From assembly GCA_027307065.1 (NCBI GenBank), contig DAHUXT010000003.1, positions 1 to 37,434 on the forward strand: a stretch of DNA of 37,434 nt, in the 5' to 3' direction. Origin of the DNA: Ktedonobacteria bacterium (lineage in GTDB: Bacteria > Chloroflexota > Ktedonobacteria > Ktedonobacterales > JADMIN01). Within the stretch, counting starts at the first letter, position 1. Every line of letters starts with the position of its first letter. The notes beneath the pieces were generated by a model, which was given only the letters and a program-made list of their open reading frames with translations, was not told where the DNA came from and did not search any database. Below, piece by piece: positions 28,090 to 36,973 of this stretch. The translations under genes and the position numbers were made by a program.

Positions 28090-30300
28090 ATGACGAGTGA
28101 TATTACCGCAATGTTGCGTGATCACGAAGAAAACCTCCGGCAGCGAATGGGCGAAGTGACGGGGTTCGAGGGCAGCCCGGAAGACGGCAGCGACGCCAAT
28201 TTGCTCATCGAGGCGCTTGGCGGCCTGCCGCAATCGACGTACGTATACCGTTTTCTTGAATCGGGAAGCGCGCTGGCGGCACAGGGAGGTCGGCTCGAAG
28301 CGAGGCTTCAGGGCATCCACCAGTGGAGCACCGCGCTGGCACAGGCATTGGATGAGATGTTCGCGAAGGACCCTGAGGCATACAACCAGGCACTCGTTGC
28401 GCTGATGGATGTCACTTCTCGCGCAGTGGTAGCAATTACTCAAGGATGGCAGGCGGTTCGCAGCCAGCAGTCCGATAGCGCAGCGGAACACGCGCGGCGC
28501 GGGATGACACGCATGCAGGCGCTTCAGCGCATCAACGCCGCCGCGAATTCCACGCTCGATCTGGACCAGACACTCGCGACTACCGCGCATGCCGTTGCCG
28601 AAGAGATGGGCGCTGACCTCTGCTCGATTTATCTGTTTGACGAGGTGACCCGCGAACTGGCGTTGCGAGCAACGAATGGCCCGCGCAATTCGAGCCTGCT
28701 CACGCTCGCGCTTGGCGTCGGCTATACGGGCTATGTCGCCGAACATGGGCGCCCATTGCTGTTGCGCAACGCCCTCGACGACTCGCGTTTCGCGGAGGAG
28801 GCCAGCGCGTACGAAACTCCGTATGCGGGGCTGCTCTCGGTACCGATCATCTTCTTCACCGCTGAGAAGCTCGAAGGCGTCATCAGCGTTCAGACACATG
28901 AGCCACACCTCTTTACCGAGGACGACGTCAGCTTTCTGGAAATCGTCGCGGGTCAGATCGCCATGAGCATCGAGAACGGCCGCATCTATGCGCAGACCGA
29001 CGAAGAACTTCGGCGTCGCGTCCACCAGTTAAATACGCTCTATCGTGTCTCGACGCTAGTCGCCTCGACACTCGTCTTCGAGAACGTGCTTCATACGATT
29101 GTGGCCCAGGCGGTGCAACTCAGCGGCGCCGATCGCTCCGTGCTCTTTGAGCTCGACCCCGCCACGCAAACGCTTTCTGCCGTTGCGTCGCACGGATTCG
29201 AGCGGCTGGAGACCACACGGATCACGTTGCCATCTGGGCAGTGCTGCGCCGGGCGCGTCGTGCAGACGGGGTCGTCGAGCCTCAAACTCGACTGCATGCG
29301 TACCGACGAGGGCTGTTTTCTCTATGGCAATGCCGAGGCGATCGACGATCAGCACGCTGTGCTCTGTGTACCTCTCACGGCTCGCCAGGGACCAGTCGGC
29401 TCCCTGTGCATCTTTAGCAATCAGCGTTACATGCTGAATGAGCACCAACTTCAGTTGGTCAGCACGTTTGCCAATGTCGCAGCGATCGCCATGGAGAACG
29501 CCCGTCTCTTCGAGCAGACACGCGAGGGACTACGCATCAAAGAGACGCTGCTCAACGAGATGAACCACCGGGTAAAGAACAATCTGACGCAGATCGCAGG
29601 CATTCTCAATATCCGGCGGCGACGGTCGCAGAATCCAGAGGTGCAGCAGGAATTGCTCGAGAGTGTCGAGCGCATTCAGGGCATCGCGGCAGCGCATGAT
29701 CTGCTCTCCACCAACCTGCTCAGCGTGGCGCGTATCGATGAGATCGCCCGAAAAATCGCGATGATCGTGCAGGCGAATCTGGTGCCGCCGCACATGACGA
29801 TCCGGTTTCACATCGGCGCGATTCCCTATTTTCTGCCGACCGAAGAGGCCACCACGCTGGCCATCGTGCTGAATGAGTTGATCTCCAACGCCATCGAGCA
29901 CGGCTTCGAGCAGCGCGAGGGCGGCGAGATTCGCATCAGCGGCGCGCGCGATGGCGACCTGATCGTCGTGCATATCGCCGACGATGGCGCGGGCGTGCCA
30001 GAGGGCTTCTCGCTCGATACCGCCGAGGGGCTGGGGCTGCAACTGGTGCGCGGGCTGGTCGAATCTGGGTTGCGTGGAGGATTCAAGCTATCCACGGTCC
30101 CAGGTGACCCCGACATAGGCGAGCACAGCGAAGGCGCGACCGATCCCATTCTCGCGGCGATCCCACGAGACGCCTCGCAAAACCCAGCCATTGACGCGCG
30201 AACATGGACTATCGCCGAGTTCACGATTGCGGCGAACTTACTGGATACCGTTCAACCGGCCAGCGCGTCCTCACGATTGGCTGATGGCGGCAACCGTTAG
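28090..30300 (+). CDS. Cytoplasmic GAF-GAF sensor histidine kinase (HisKA_2, PdtaS/EutW-like)
   Basis: Two GAF domains; EMNHRVKNNL H-box, NELISNAIEHG, DDGAG, GLGLQLV; no TM; alternative start 28048. Confidence 0.92.
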   Translation: MTSDITAMLRDHEENLRQRMGEVTGFEGSPEDGSDANLLIEALGGLPQSTYVYRFLESGSALAAQGGRLEARLQGIHQWSTALAQALDEMFAKDPEAYNQALVALMDVTSRAVVAITQGWQAVRSQQSDSAAEHARRGMTRMQALQRINAAANSTLDLDQTLATTAHAVAEEMGADLCSIYLFDEVTRELALRATNGPRNSSLLTLALGVGYTGYVAEHGRPLLLRNALDDSRFAEEASAYETPYAGLLSVPIIFFTAEKLEGVISVQTHEPHLFTEDDVSFLEIVAGQIAMSIENGRIYAQTDEELRRRVHQLNTLYRVSTLVASTLVFENVLHTIVAQAVQLSGADRSVLFELDPATQTLSAVASHGFERLETTRITLPSGQCCAGRVVQTGSSSLKLDCMRTDEGCFLYGNAEAIDDQHAVLCVPLTARQGPVGSLCIFSNQRYMLNEHQLQLVSTFANVAAIAMENARLFEQTREGLRIKETLLNEMNHRVKNNLTQIAGILNIRRRRSQNPEVQQELLESVERIQGIAAAHDLLSTNLLSVARIDEIARKIAMIVQANLVPPHMTIRFHIGAIPYFLPTEEATTLAIVLNELISNAIEHGFEQREGGEIRISGARDGDLIVVHIADDGAGVPEGFSLDTAEGLGLQLVRGLVESGLRGGFKLSTVPGDPDIGEHSEGATDPILAAIPRDASQNPAIDARTWTIAEFTIAANLLDTVQPASASSRLADGGNR

Positions 30301-30833
30301 CCCTCTTGCGGCGCGGCGTCAGCGTGCATCGGCGCTGACGATGTTTCGGCGTCAGCGGAGCCACCAGCATTTGCGCGCGCCTGCAACGCTTTTCGCGCTC
30401 GCATCGCGCCCGGACGACCGCCCAGCCAGCCCATCAGCGCGGCGATCCCAAGCGGAATGGTCACGGTGACGACGAGCGCCATTGCCTGGAGGACGAAACC
30501 TCCCGGCGCCGCGGCATCCGCGCTCAGAATATTCGATGTGCTGCCTGGTGAATAGATGGTAATGAGCACACCATAAATAGCGAATGCCAGCATGCCCGCC
30601 AGCGCGCCCATACCCGCGTTGAGCGTCTCGCGGCCAGTAAAATAGCCAGCGGCGGAAAACGCGAACAAGAAGAGGAAAAGGCTCGCGCAACCTAGCGTCA
30701 ATTTGCCGGGATTGCTATCGAGCGTTGCCGGGCCGTTCCCAAATGCCACCATGCCCAGCACAGTAAGCCCGAGCCCCAAAACCACGTACGCAGCGCCTCC
30801 AACCAGAGCGCCCCACTTCATCACAACTCGCAT
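30297..30833 (-). CDS. Small 4-TM membrane protein, hypothetical
   Basis: Four Gly/Ala-rich hydrophobic segments; stop overlaps the kinase stop. Confidence 0.72.
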   Translation of the reverse strand: MRVVMKWGALVGGAAYVVLGLGLTVLGMVAFGNGPATLDSNPGKLTLGCASLFLFLFAFSAAGYFTGRETLNAGMGALAGMLAFAIYGVLITIYSPGSTSNILSADAAAPGGFVLQAMALVVTVTIPLGIAALMGWLGGRPGAMRARKALQARANAGGSADAETSSAPMHADAAPQEG

Positions 30834-31143
30834 TACAAGCACCTGTTCACTTGTGAGACACGCGGCCAGTGATCTCGGTTTGTCTCACCCCAATCTGCAA
30901 TTATACCGTGCGACGTGCCGAACGCGGCCACATGGCGGCATGCGCCATGCGCGCTACCCTTGAGAGAGGCGAGGTGACGAAAAAGAGACTCGACGCTGGC
31001 AGGGATTCATTGTACTATGCAGTGCGATGGCGCGACGATGACGCGTGCCACGAACACCGACGTTCAACTGCCGATTCGGATGTCCTCCGGATGGCTATGT
31101 CGCGGCGAAAGTCGCTGGGCGGAACCCGCCGCCACGAGGAATC

Positions 31144-32505
31144 ATGCGTTATTACCAAGACATTCTCGAAACCATCGGCCACACGCCGCTTGTCCGATTG
31201 AACCGCATCGCACAGGATGTCAAGCCACTGATACTGGCGAAGGTTGAGTATTTCAACCCCGGTGGCAGTGTTAAAGATCGCATCGGCCTGTCACTCATCG
31301 AGGCGTGCGAACAGGCGGGAACCCTTAAACCGGGTGGCACTATCGTCGAGCCGACCAGCGGCAACACGGGCATGGGGCTGGCGCTCGCCGCCGCCATCAA
31401 AGGCTACCATCTCATCTGCGTAATGACCGATAAGGTTGCCGAGGAGAAACGGAGCTTGCTACGAGCATTCGGCGCCGAGGTCGTTATCTGCCCCAACAGC
31501 GTGTCCGCCGACTCGACAGAGAATTATCGAAACGTCGCGGCGCGGCTCGCGCGTGAGATTCCAGGGGCATGCAGCCCGAACCAATATGACAACCCGGCCA
31601 ATCCGCTGTCGCACTATCGCTCGACCGGCCCCGAAATATGGGATGATACCGACGGCAAAGTAACGGCGTTCATCGCGGGGGTGGGCACCGCTGGCACCAT
31701 TGTCGGCACGGCACGCTACCTCAAGGAGCGGAATTCGAAGATTCAGGTTATTGGCGCCGACCCGGCAGGCTCGGTCTATTCTCATGATGAATTGCACCCA
31801 TACAAAGTGGAGGGCATCGGGCAGGATGCCTACCCGCCCAATTGGGATGAGAGCGTTGTCGATAAGGTGATCCGCGTCGACGACCGCACATCGTTCCACT
31901 ACGCGCGCCGCCTCGCCCGCGAAGAAGGCATTCTATGCGGCGGCTCAGCGGGCACAGCCTTGGCCGCGGCGCTGGAATACGCTAAAGATGGCACCGCGGA
32001 CGATGTCGTGGTCGTCTTGCTGCCAGACACCGGGCGTGGATACCTCTCGAAGCAGTATAACGAGACTTGGCTGCGCGAGAACGGATTCGCCGAGGCTCCG
32101 GCACAGCCCACGCTCGCCGACGTGTTGGCATTCCGGCGACAGGCGGAGCCAGCAATGCCCGCTGTCATCGGCGTTTCGCCCAGCGACCCAGTGACAACCG
32201 CCATCGAGCACTTCCACCGCTACAGCATCTCGCAACTGCCTGTCATCGAGAACGGCAAAGTTGTTGGCTCGTTGACTGAGACCTCGTTGCTGCAGCGATT
32301 AGCGTCTGGTGATCGACTGGAGGAGCATATGGTCGGCGACTGGCAGAGTTCTCCGCTGCCTGCGATGCCAGAGACATCCACCGTGCGTGAGGCATACACA
32401 CTGTTTGCGGGCGGTCAGACGGCGATTGCGGTAACGGGCGCGCATGGCCTGAGTGGCGTGGTGTCGAAGAGTGATCTCATGGAGTTCTGGGCACGCAACG
32501 CCTAA
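31144..32505 (+). CDS. Cystathionine beta-synthase with C-terminal CBS pair
   Basis: NPGGSVKDRI (PLP Lys), EPTSGNTG, GVGTAGT, YKVEGIG, LPDTGRGYLSK, ISQLPV; GAGGA RBS before ATG 31144. Confidence 0.92.
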   Translation: MRYYQDILETIGHTPLVRLNRIAQDVKPLILAKVEYFNPGGSVKDRIGLSLIEACEQAGTLKPGGTIVEPTSGNTGMGLALAAAIKGYHLICVMTDKVAEEKRSLLRAFGAEVVICPNSVSADSTENYRNVAARLAREIPGACSPNQYDNPANPLSHYRSTGPEIWDDTDGKVTAFIAGVGTAGTIVGTARYLKERNSKIQVIGADPAGSVYSHDELHPYKVEGIGQDAYPPNWDESVVDKVIRVDDRTSFHYARRLAREEGILCGGSAGTALAAALEYAKDGTADDVVVVLLPDTGRGYLSKQYNETWLRENGFAEAPAQPTLADVLAFRRQAEPAMPAVIGVSPSDPVTTAIEHFHRYSISQLPVIENGKVVGSLTETSLLQRLASGDRLEEHMVGDWQSSPLPAMPETSTVREAYTLFAGGQTAIAVTGAHGLSGVVSKSDLMEFWARNA

Positions 32506-32800
32506 CGCGAACAGCAGGAGTTCGCTCGTGACGATTCCCGTTGGCGCGGACGATTCGGCCATTAGATTAACGATCAGTCCTGGGCAGGCAATGCCTGCAT
32601 TCGCGCTTGCTAATGCGGCAGGCGATATTGTCCGGCTTAAGTCATTCAAGCAGCGTCGCCCAGTACTGGTGGCGTTGCTCCACGGCAGCTCCTGCCCGCA
32701 GTGCCGCGACTGGCTGGCCACAGTGGCGCATGTTCAAGGCGAGTTGGCCGACCTTCGAGTGCAGCCCTTGCTCGTAGTGCCTGACGATGTCGAGCAGCTG

Positions 32801-32890
32801 CCCGCACTCCAGGCCGGCACGGGTGCGCCGAAGAAACCGCAGAAAACGAATAGTTTTTAACCCCGCACTCCAGGCCGGCACGGGTGCGCC
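32801..32890. repeat. Perfect 29-bp direct repeat (32801-32829, 32862-32890) around a 32-bp AT-rich unique insert
   Basis: CCCGCACTCCAGGCCGGCACGGGTGCGCC x2 flanking GAAGAAACCGCAGAAAACGAATAGTTTTTAAC. Confidence 0.97.
32801..32890 (-). CRISPR. Candidate single-spacer neo-CRISPR (off-target type I-E spacer integration)
   Basis: 61-bp unit; minus-strand repeat matches the E. coli I-E repeat at 12 of 16 central positions in register; no cas genes or leader in the window. Confidence 0.5.
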
Positions 32891-33277
32891 CGGTGTGTTC
32901 CTCTCAGACGCGGCTGGCGAGACACGGGCCCGGTTTTTATCCCGCAACGCACCATCGCTGCGCACGTCTGTCGTGCTCATTGCCGTCGACCAATACAGCG
33001 CCTGTCTGGAGGCGTGGCTGGCCAACGAACCGGGCCATTTGCCGACGATGGCCGAAGTGCTGGCAACCTTCGCCTTCGCCGAGCAAGAAGAGTGCGCCTG
33101 TGGCCTGCCCGCGTAGCCGAACCAGCAAGACAGCCAGTGACACCCTATGCGGCGCACTCCTCGGACAGATTTTTGACGGCCACGAGGGATTGACGCCGCC
33201 CACCCCGCCAAGCCTTGATGGTCGTCTTGACGGCGACTTGAGCACCCTGAATCCGCATGGTTGCACGAGAATTCTTG

Positions 33278-33293
33278 TGTGAGATTGCTCACA
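33278..33293. promoter_or_regulatory. Perfect CRP-family box TGTGA-N6-TCACA
   Basis: TGTGAGATTGCTCACA about 240 bp upstream of the ABC substrate-binding gene. Confidence 0.6.
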
Positions 33294-33533
33294 TTAATTA
33301 CGTACTAATGGCAAGTCTGTTGAGAAAGTTGCAGACACACCGCGTGCTGACCCTCGCAAAGCGCGAGAGTCGTTGGCCAGAACGGAAGTCGAGGTGGGAA
33401 GCTAGAGTAGTTGAGCAACGCACGTTCTGAACTCTCGTCCGCAGGCGAGCTACTTGGGCACCGATTTGCTACCAGGTAGCAAGATCCGAAGACATCGCTC
33501 CATTGTGACAATGTGTTGAGGAGGACTTACGGC

Positions 33534-35297
33534 ATGCTCAGAAAACGCAGTCTATGGTCAGTAGCCGGACTCCTAATGGTTCTGACCATGATGCTGTCCG
33601 CGCTGTCCGCATGCGGTGGAACTACCACCGGCGGAGGTGGCGGTACGCCCGTCAAGGGCGGCACGGTCATTGATGGCATCAGCCAGGAGCCTAATGCTCT
33701 TCTGCCCGAGCGCTCCAACCAAACATATTCGCTTTTGGTACAGGCAGCGTTCCGTACTCCATTATTCGCCAGTAACGACAAAGCCGGCATTTCGCCTGCT
33801 CTGGCGACCGAGGTGCCAACTGTCGCTAATGGCGGCATCTCGTCCGATGGCCTGACTTATAAAATTCACGTTCGGACCGGCACCAAGTGGTCTGACGGCC
33901 AGCCAGTCACTGGCGACGATGTGTTCTACACATTCAAGCTTTTCATGGATCCGGCCTACTCCGCTCGTGACGGATTCCAGCAAGCTGCCAGTGAAATTTC
34001 CACGATCAGCCAGCCTGACTCGAACACGATCAGCTTCACGTTGAAGAAGCCGGATGCGGCCTTCATCGCGCTGTATCTCACGGACGTACTCGCGTTCGCA
34101 CCGCTGCCGAAGCACGTATACGGCACGATGACGCCCGACGCGCTGGTCAAGTCGAACGAGAGCTTCCAGCCGACCGTGACAAATGGACCGTTCAAGGTGA
34201 GCGGCCGCGTCCAGGGCGACAACATCACGGTCGTCAGGGACGACAACTACGTCGGGGCGCACACGGCGTACCTCGATAAGATCGTCTTCAAGGTCTTCGC
34301 CGACGCGCAGACCATCGTCACCGCGATGCAGGCCGGCCAGGTGGACACCGCCTACTTCTTGCCTGTTAGCCAGTACGACACCCTGAAGAACATCCCAGGC
34401 TATAGCCTCGTTCCGAGCACTGTGCTCGCCACGTTCGAGGCATGGTACCTCAATATCAATGGCTTCCAGCTTGAGGGTAAGCCTGCCACTGACGAGCCGC
34501 TTTCCGATCCGGTGGTGCGCGAGGCGCTCGCGATCTCGTTCGACACCAAACAGGAAATCCACACACTTTGGCACGATATCGCCAAGCCAGTCTGCGACGA
34601 GTCCATCGGCACCTTCGGCTTTGACCCGCAGTTGGTCAACTCGAACGGGTACTGCGCGTATGGACCCGATGGCAAGTCCTTCGACAACGGCGGACCTGAC
34701 GCAGCCAAGGCGATGCTCGATGCCGACGGCTGGAAGGTTGGCGCTGACGGTATCCGTGTGAAGAACGGCCATCGGCTCAGCCTGCGCATCGCCACCACCA
34801 GCGGACGCAAGTACCGCGAGGACTCCGAGGCGCTGGCACAGGCAGCCTGGAAGAACATCGGCGTCGAATTGAAGACCGACAACCATCCGTCGGGCGACCT
34901 GTTCGGACCGATCCTGTTCCCGTCCACGGGTAAGGGCAATACCGCTTTCGACATTGCTGAGTACGCAACTGGCGTTGGCGTGTATCCAGACAACCGCTGC
35001 TTCTTCAACAGCAAGTTCACGCCGCAAGCCGCTGGCTGCAACCCGGGCTACTACAGCAATCCCACGGTTGACCAGTTGACCGAGCAAGCGGTGACGATCT
35101 CGGATCAGGCCCAGGCCAAGGCAATCTTGACCCAGATTCACCAGGCGGCCAACAAAGATGTGCCGATCATCTGGCTGTATGGCTTCCCCAACTTGAACGA
35201 GGCCAACAGCCGGCTGCACAACTACAAGCCCAGCGGTGAAGGTCCTGACGAGACCTGGAACGTGGTTGATTGGTGGCTGACCGGCGGCAAGCGCTAA
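33534..35297 (+). CDS. Peptide/nickel ABC transporter substrate-binding lipoprotein (family 5)
   Basis: Lipobox LSAC, WSDGQPVTGDDV, TNGPFKV, VREAL, YSNPTVD; GAGGAGG RBS. Confidence 0.93.
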   Translation: MLRKRSLWSVAGLLMVLTMMLSALSACGGTTTGGGGGTPVKGGTVIDGISQEPNALLPERSNQTYSLLVQAAFRTPLFASNDKAGISPALATEVPTVANGGISSDGLTYKIHVRTGTKWSDGQPVTGDDVFYTFKLFMDPAYSARDGFQQAASEISTISQPDSNTISFTLKKPDAAFIALYLTDVLAFAPLPKHVYGTMTPDALVKSNESFQPTVTNGPFKVSGRVQGDNITVVRDDNYVGAHTAYLDKIVFKVFADAQTIVTAMQAGQVDTAYFLPVSQYDTLKNIPGYSLVPSTVLATFEAWYLNINGFQLEGKPATDEPLSDPVVREALAISFDTKQEIHTLWHDIAKPVCDESIGTFGFDPQLVNSNGYCAYGPDGKSFDNGGPDAAKAMLDADGWKVGADGIRVKNGHRLSLRIATTSGRKYREDSEALAQAAWKNIGVELKTDNHPSGDLFGPILFPSTGKGNTAFDIAEYATGVGVYPDNRCFFNSKFTPQAAGCNPGYYSNPTVDQLTEQAVTISDQAQAKAILTQIHQAANKDVPIIWLYGFPNLNEANSRLHNYKPSGEGPDETWNVVDWWLTGGKR

Positions 35298-35338
35298 GCG
35301 CTAAGCTGGCATCACAGTGCCATCAAGCAATAGGGCAA

Positions 35339-35371
35339 GGGGGCATCTGAGAGCGATCTCGGGTGCCTCCC
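35339..35371 (+). terminator. Stem-loop after the substrate-binding gene
   Basis: GGGGGCATCTGAGA-GCGA-TCTCGGGTGCCTCC with GNRA loop; no long U-tract. Confidence 0.55.
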
Positions 35372-35969
35372 TCCTTACACGGTGATGGACCGCGCTTCGA
35401 CAACATGAATGCATCGACATTACTCGGATGGAGCGGTCCGCTCAAGTACGCTCTGGTGCCGCACACACGCTTCACTCACCTGCACACAAGGTAGGGTCAC
35501 ACTCGCGCTGGCCTTCAGAACGATGGCGCGTGAACCGGGGTCGCCGCTTGCGAAGGCAAACCGAGACGTGCTATCATTGGCCCAATCATCGGCAATTGGC
35601 CGCGAACTTTGCCAGAAGAACACAACACAGATCGCCCCATGCCGAAGCATGGTAAATGCGACCAGGTATAGCAAGTCTATACATCAATGAACGCGGTGAC
35701 CAGTGCATTGCAGAAGGCCACGGGTAGGACTTGCTACACCAGTCGCTCGTGAGTTTCTGCACCGTAAAACGTGTCGGAGCGCGCAGGATGACGCACCTGT
35801 CTGGCACAGATCTGGCATGGATCTGAGATAGGACAGATACGTAGCATCTCACAATCTCCGGCGAGATCTTCGTAGATCCGTTTTCTAGGGTCGCGACTTG
35901 CCCACCGTGGGAGTCGGGTACGCGTGGCGGACGATATGCGAAGAACCACGAAGAGGAGGGAATCGCACC

Positions 35970-36935
35970 ATGCAGCGATTCATCATTCGTCGGCTACTGC
36001 AGTCGGTGTTGCTGCTGTTTCTGCTGACAGTGGCATTTTTCCTGCTGGTCCACGCGATACCTGGAGGACCAGAGCAGGCGTACTTCTCTCCGCGCCAGAC
36101 CGCGGCGCAAAAGCATGCCATTATTGTGGAATTGGGGCTGGATAAGCCACTACCGGTCCAGTATGTGAAGTGGATTACCGCGGCAATGCGCGGAAACTTC
36201 GGCCGGTCGTATGACTCGAACCTGCCGGTCAGTGTGGACATCGCCCCGCGCATACCGAATACCATTCTGCTGTTCTCGGTCGCGTTGGGATTCGCGCTCA
36301 TCATGGCAGTCCTGCTGGGAGTATTTTCGGCGGTGCGCCAATACTCGATCACGGATTACATCATTACCGTGTTTGCCTACTTTGGTATCTCCATGCCTGT
36401 CTTCTTCTTCGCTGAAGTCTTGCAGGTGATCTTCGGCGTCCAACTTCAGATATTGCCTGTCTTTGGGCGCACTAGTCCAGAGATCGAGGGTGTCACCGGC
36501 TTTGACGCGTTCGTTGATCTGGCCAGACATCTCCTCTTACCTGCGCTCGTTCTCTCACTGCTGTTCATCGCCGCGTGGAGCCGATACTTGCGCGCCGGGA
36601 TGCTCGATGTCCTCAAGCAGGACTATATCCGCACAGCCCGCGCGAAGGGTCTCAGCTCGCGTGTCGTACTTTTCAGCCACGCGCTACGTAATGCGCTCAT
36701 CCCATTGATTACCGTCGTGGCCTTGGCATTCGGCAGTATCTTTGGCGGCGCGTTCGTCACCGAGTCGATCTTCTCCTGGCCTGGCCTCGGTAGCCGCTTT
36801 ATCGACGCGCTGAATGGGCGCGATTACCCAATCATGTTGGCGCTGCTCATGCTGGCGTCTACCGGGGTAATCGTCTTCAACCTGATCGCTGATGTCCTCT
36901 ACGGAGTCGCCGACCCACGCATTCGCTACTCGTAG
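35970..36935 (+). CDS. Peptide ABC transporter permease (OppB/DppB-like)
   Basis: MQRFIIRRLL, LGLDKPL, DYIRTARAKGL EAA loop, ADPRIRY. Confidence 0.94.
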   Translation: MQRFIIRRLLQSVLLLFLLTVAFFLLVHAIPGGPEQAYFSPRQTAAQKHAIIVELGLDKPLPVQYVKWITAAMRGNFGRSYDSNLPVSVDIAPRIPNTILLFSVALGFALIMAVLLGVFSAVRQYSITDYIITVFAYFGISMPVFFFAEVLQVIFGVQLQILPVFGRTSPEIEGVTGFDAFVDLARHLLLPALVLSLLFIAAWSRYLRAGMLDVLKQDYIRTARAKGLSSRVVLFSHALRNALIPLITVVALAFGSIFGGAFVTESIFSWPGLGSRFIDALNGRDYPIMLALLMLASTGVIVFNLIADVLYGVADPRIRYS

Positions 36936-36973
36936 CGGGATGTAATGCTCAGGTCACAGAAGGGAGCCTGGCA

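Larger units (their letters stand above)
32528..33116 (+). pseudogene. AhpC/TSA-type redoxin (CPQC) frameshifted by a 61-bp insertion
   Basis: GTG 32528 after CAGGAG; N-half stops at TAA 32858-32860; C-half continues in the +1 frame; deleting 61 bp gives a continuous 175-aa ORF (PGQAMPAFAL...CPQC...FLSDAAG...VDQY). Confidence 0.85.

Noticed and set aside
30900-31143. SAM riboswitch or Cys leader before cbs
   Set aside because: Only small hairpins; no SAM-I core and no Cys/Met-rich uORF.
32801-32890. IS/transposon footprint as the cause of the duplication
   Set aside because: 29 bp is far longer than typical IS target duplications, and the insert has no terminal inverted repeats; a collapsed integrative element cannot be fully excluded.
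33762-35219. Long antisense ORFs (e.g. 33762-35219, 3882-5150, 12410-13588, 28060-29025, 425-1243)
   Set aside because: Shadow ORFs typical of GC-rich coding strands; each overlaps a well-supported gene and has no motifs.
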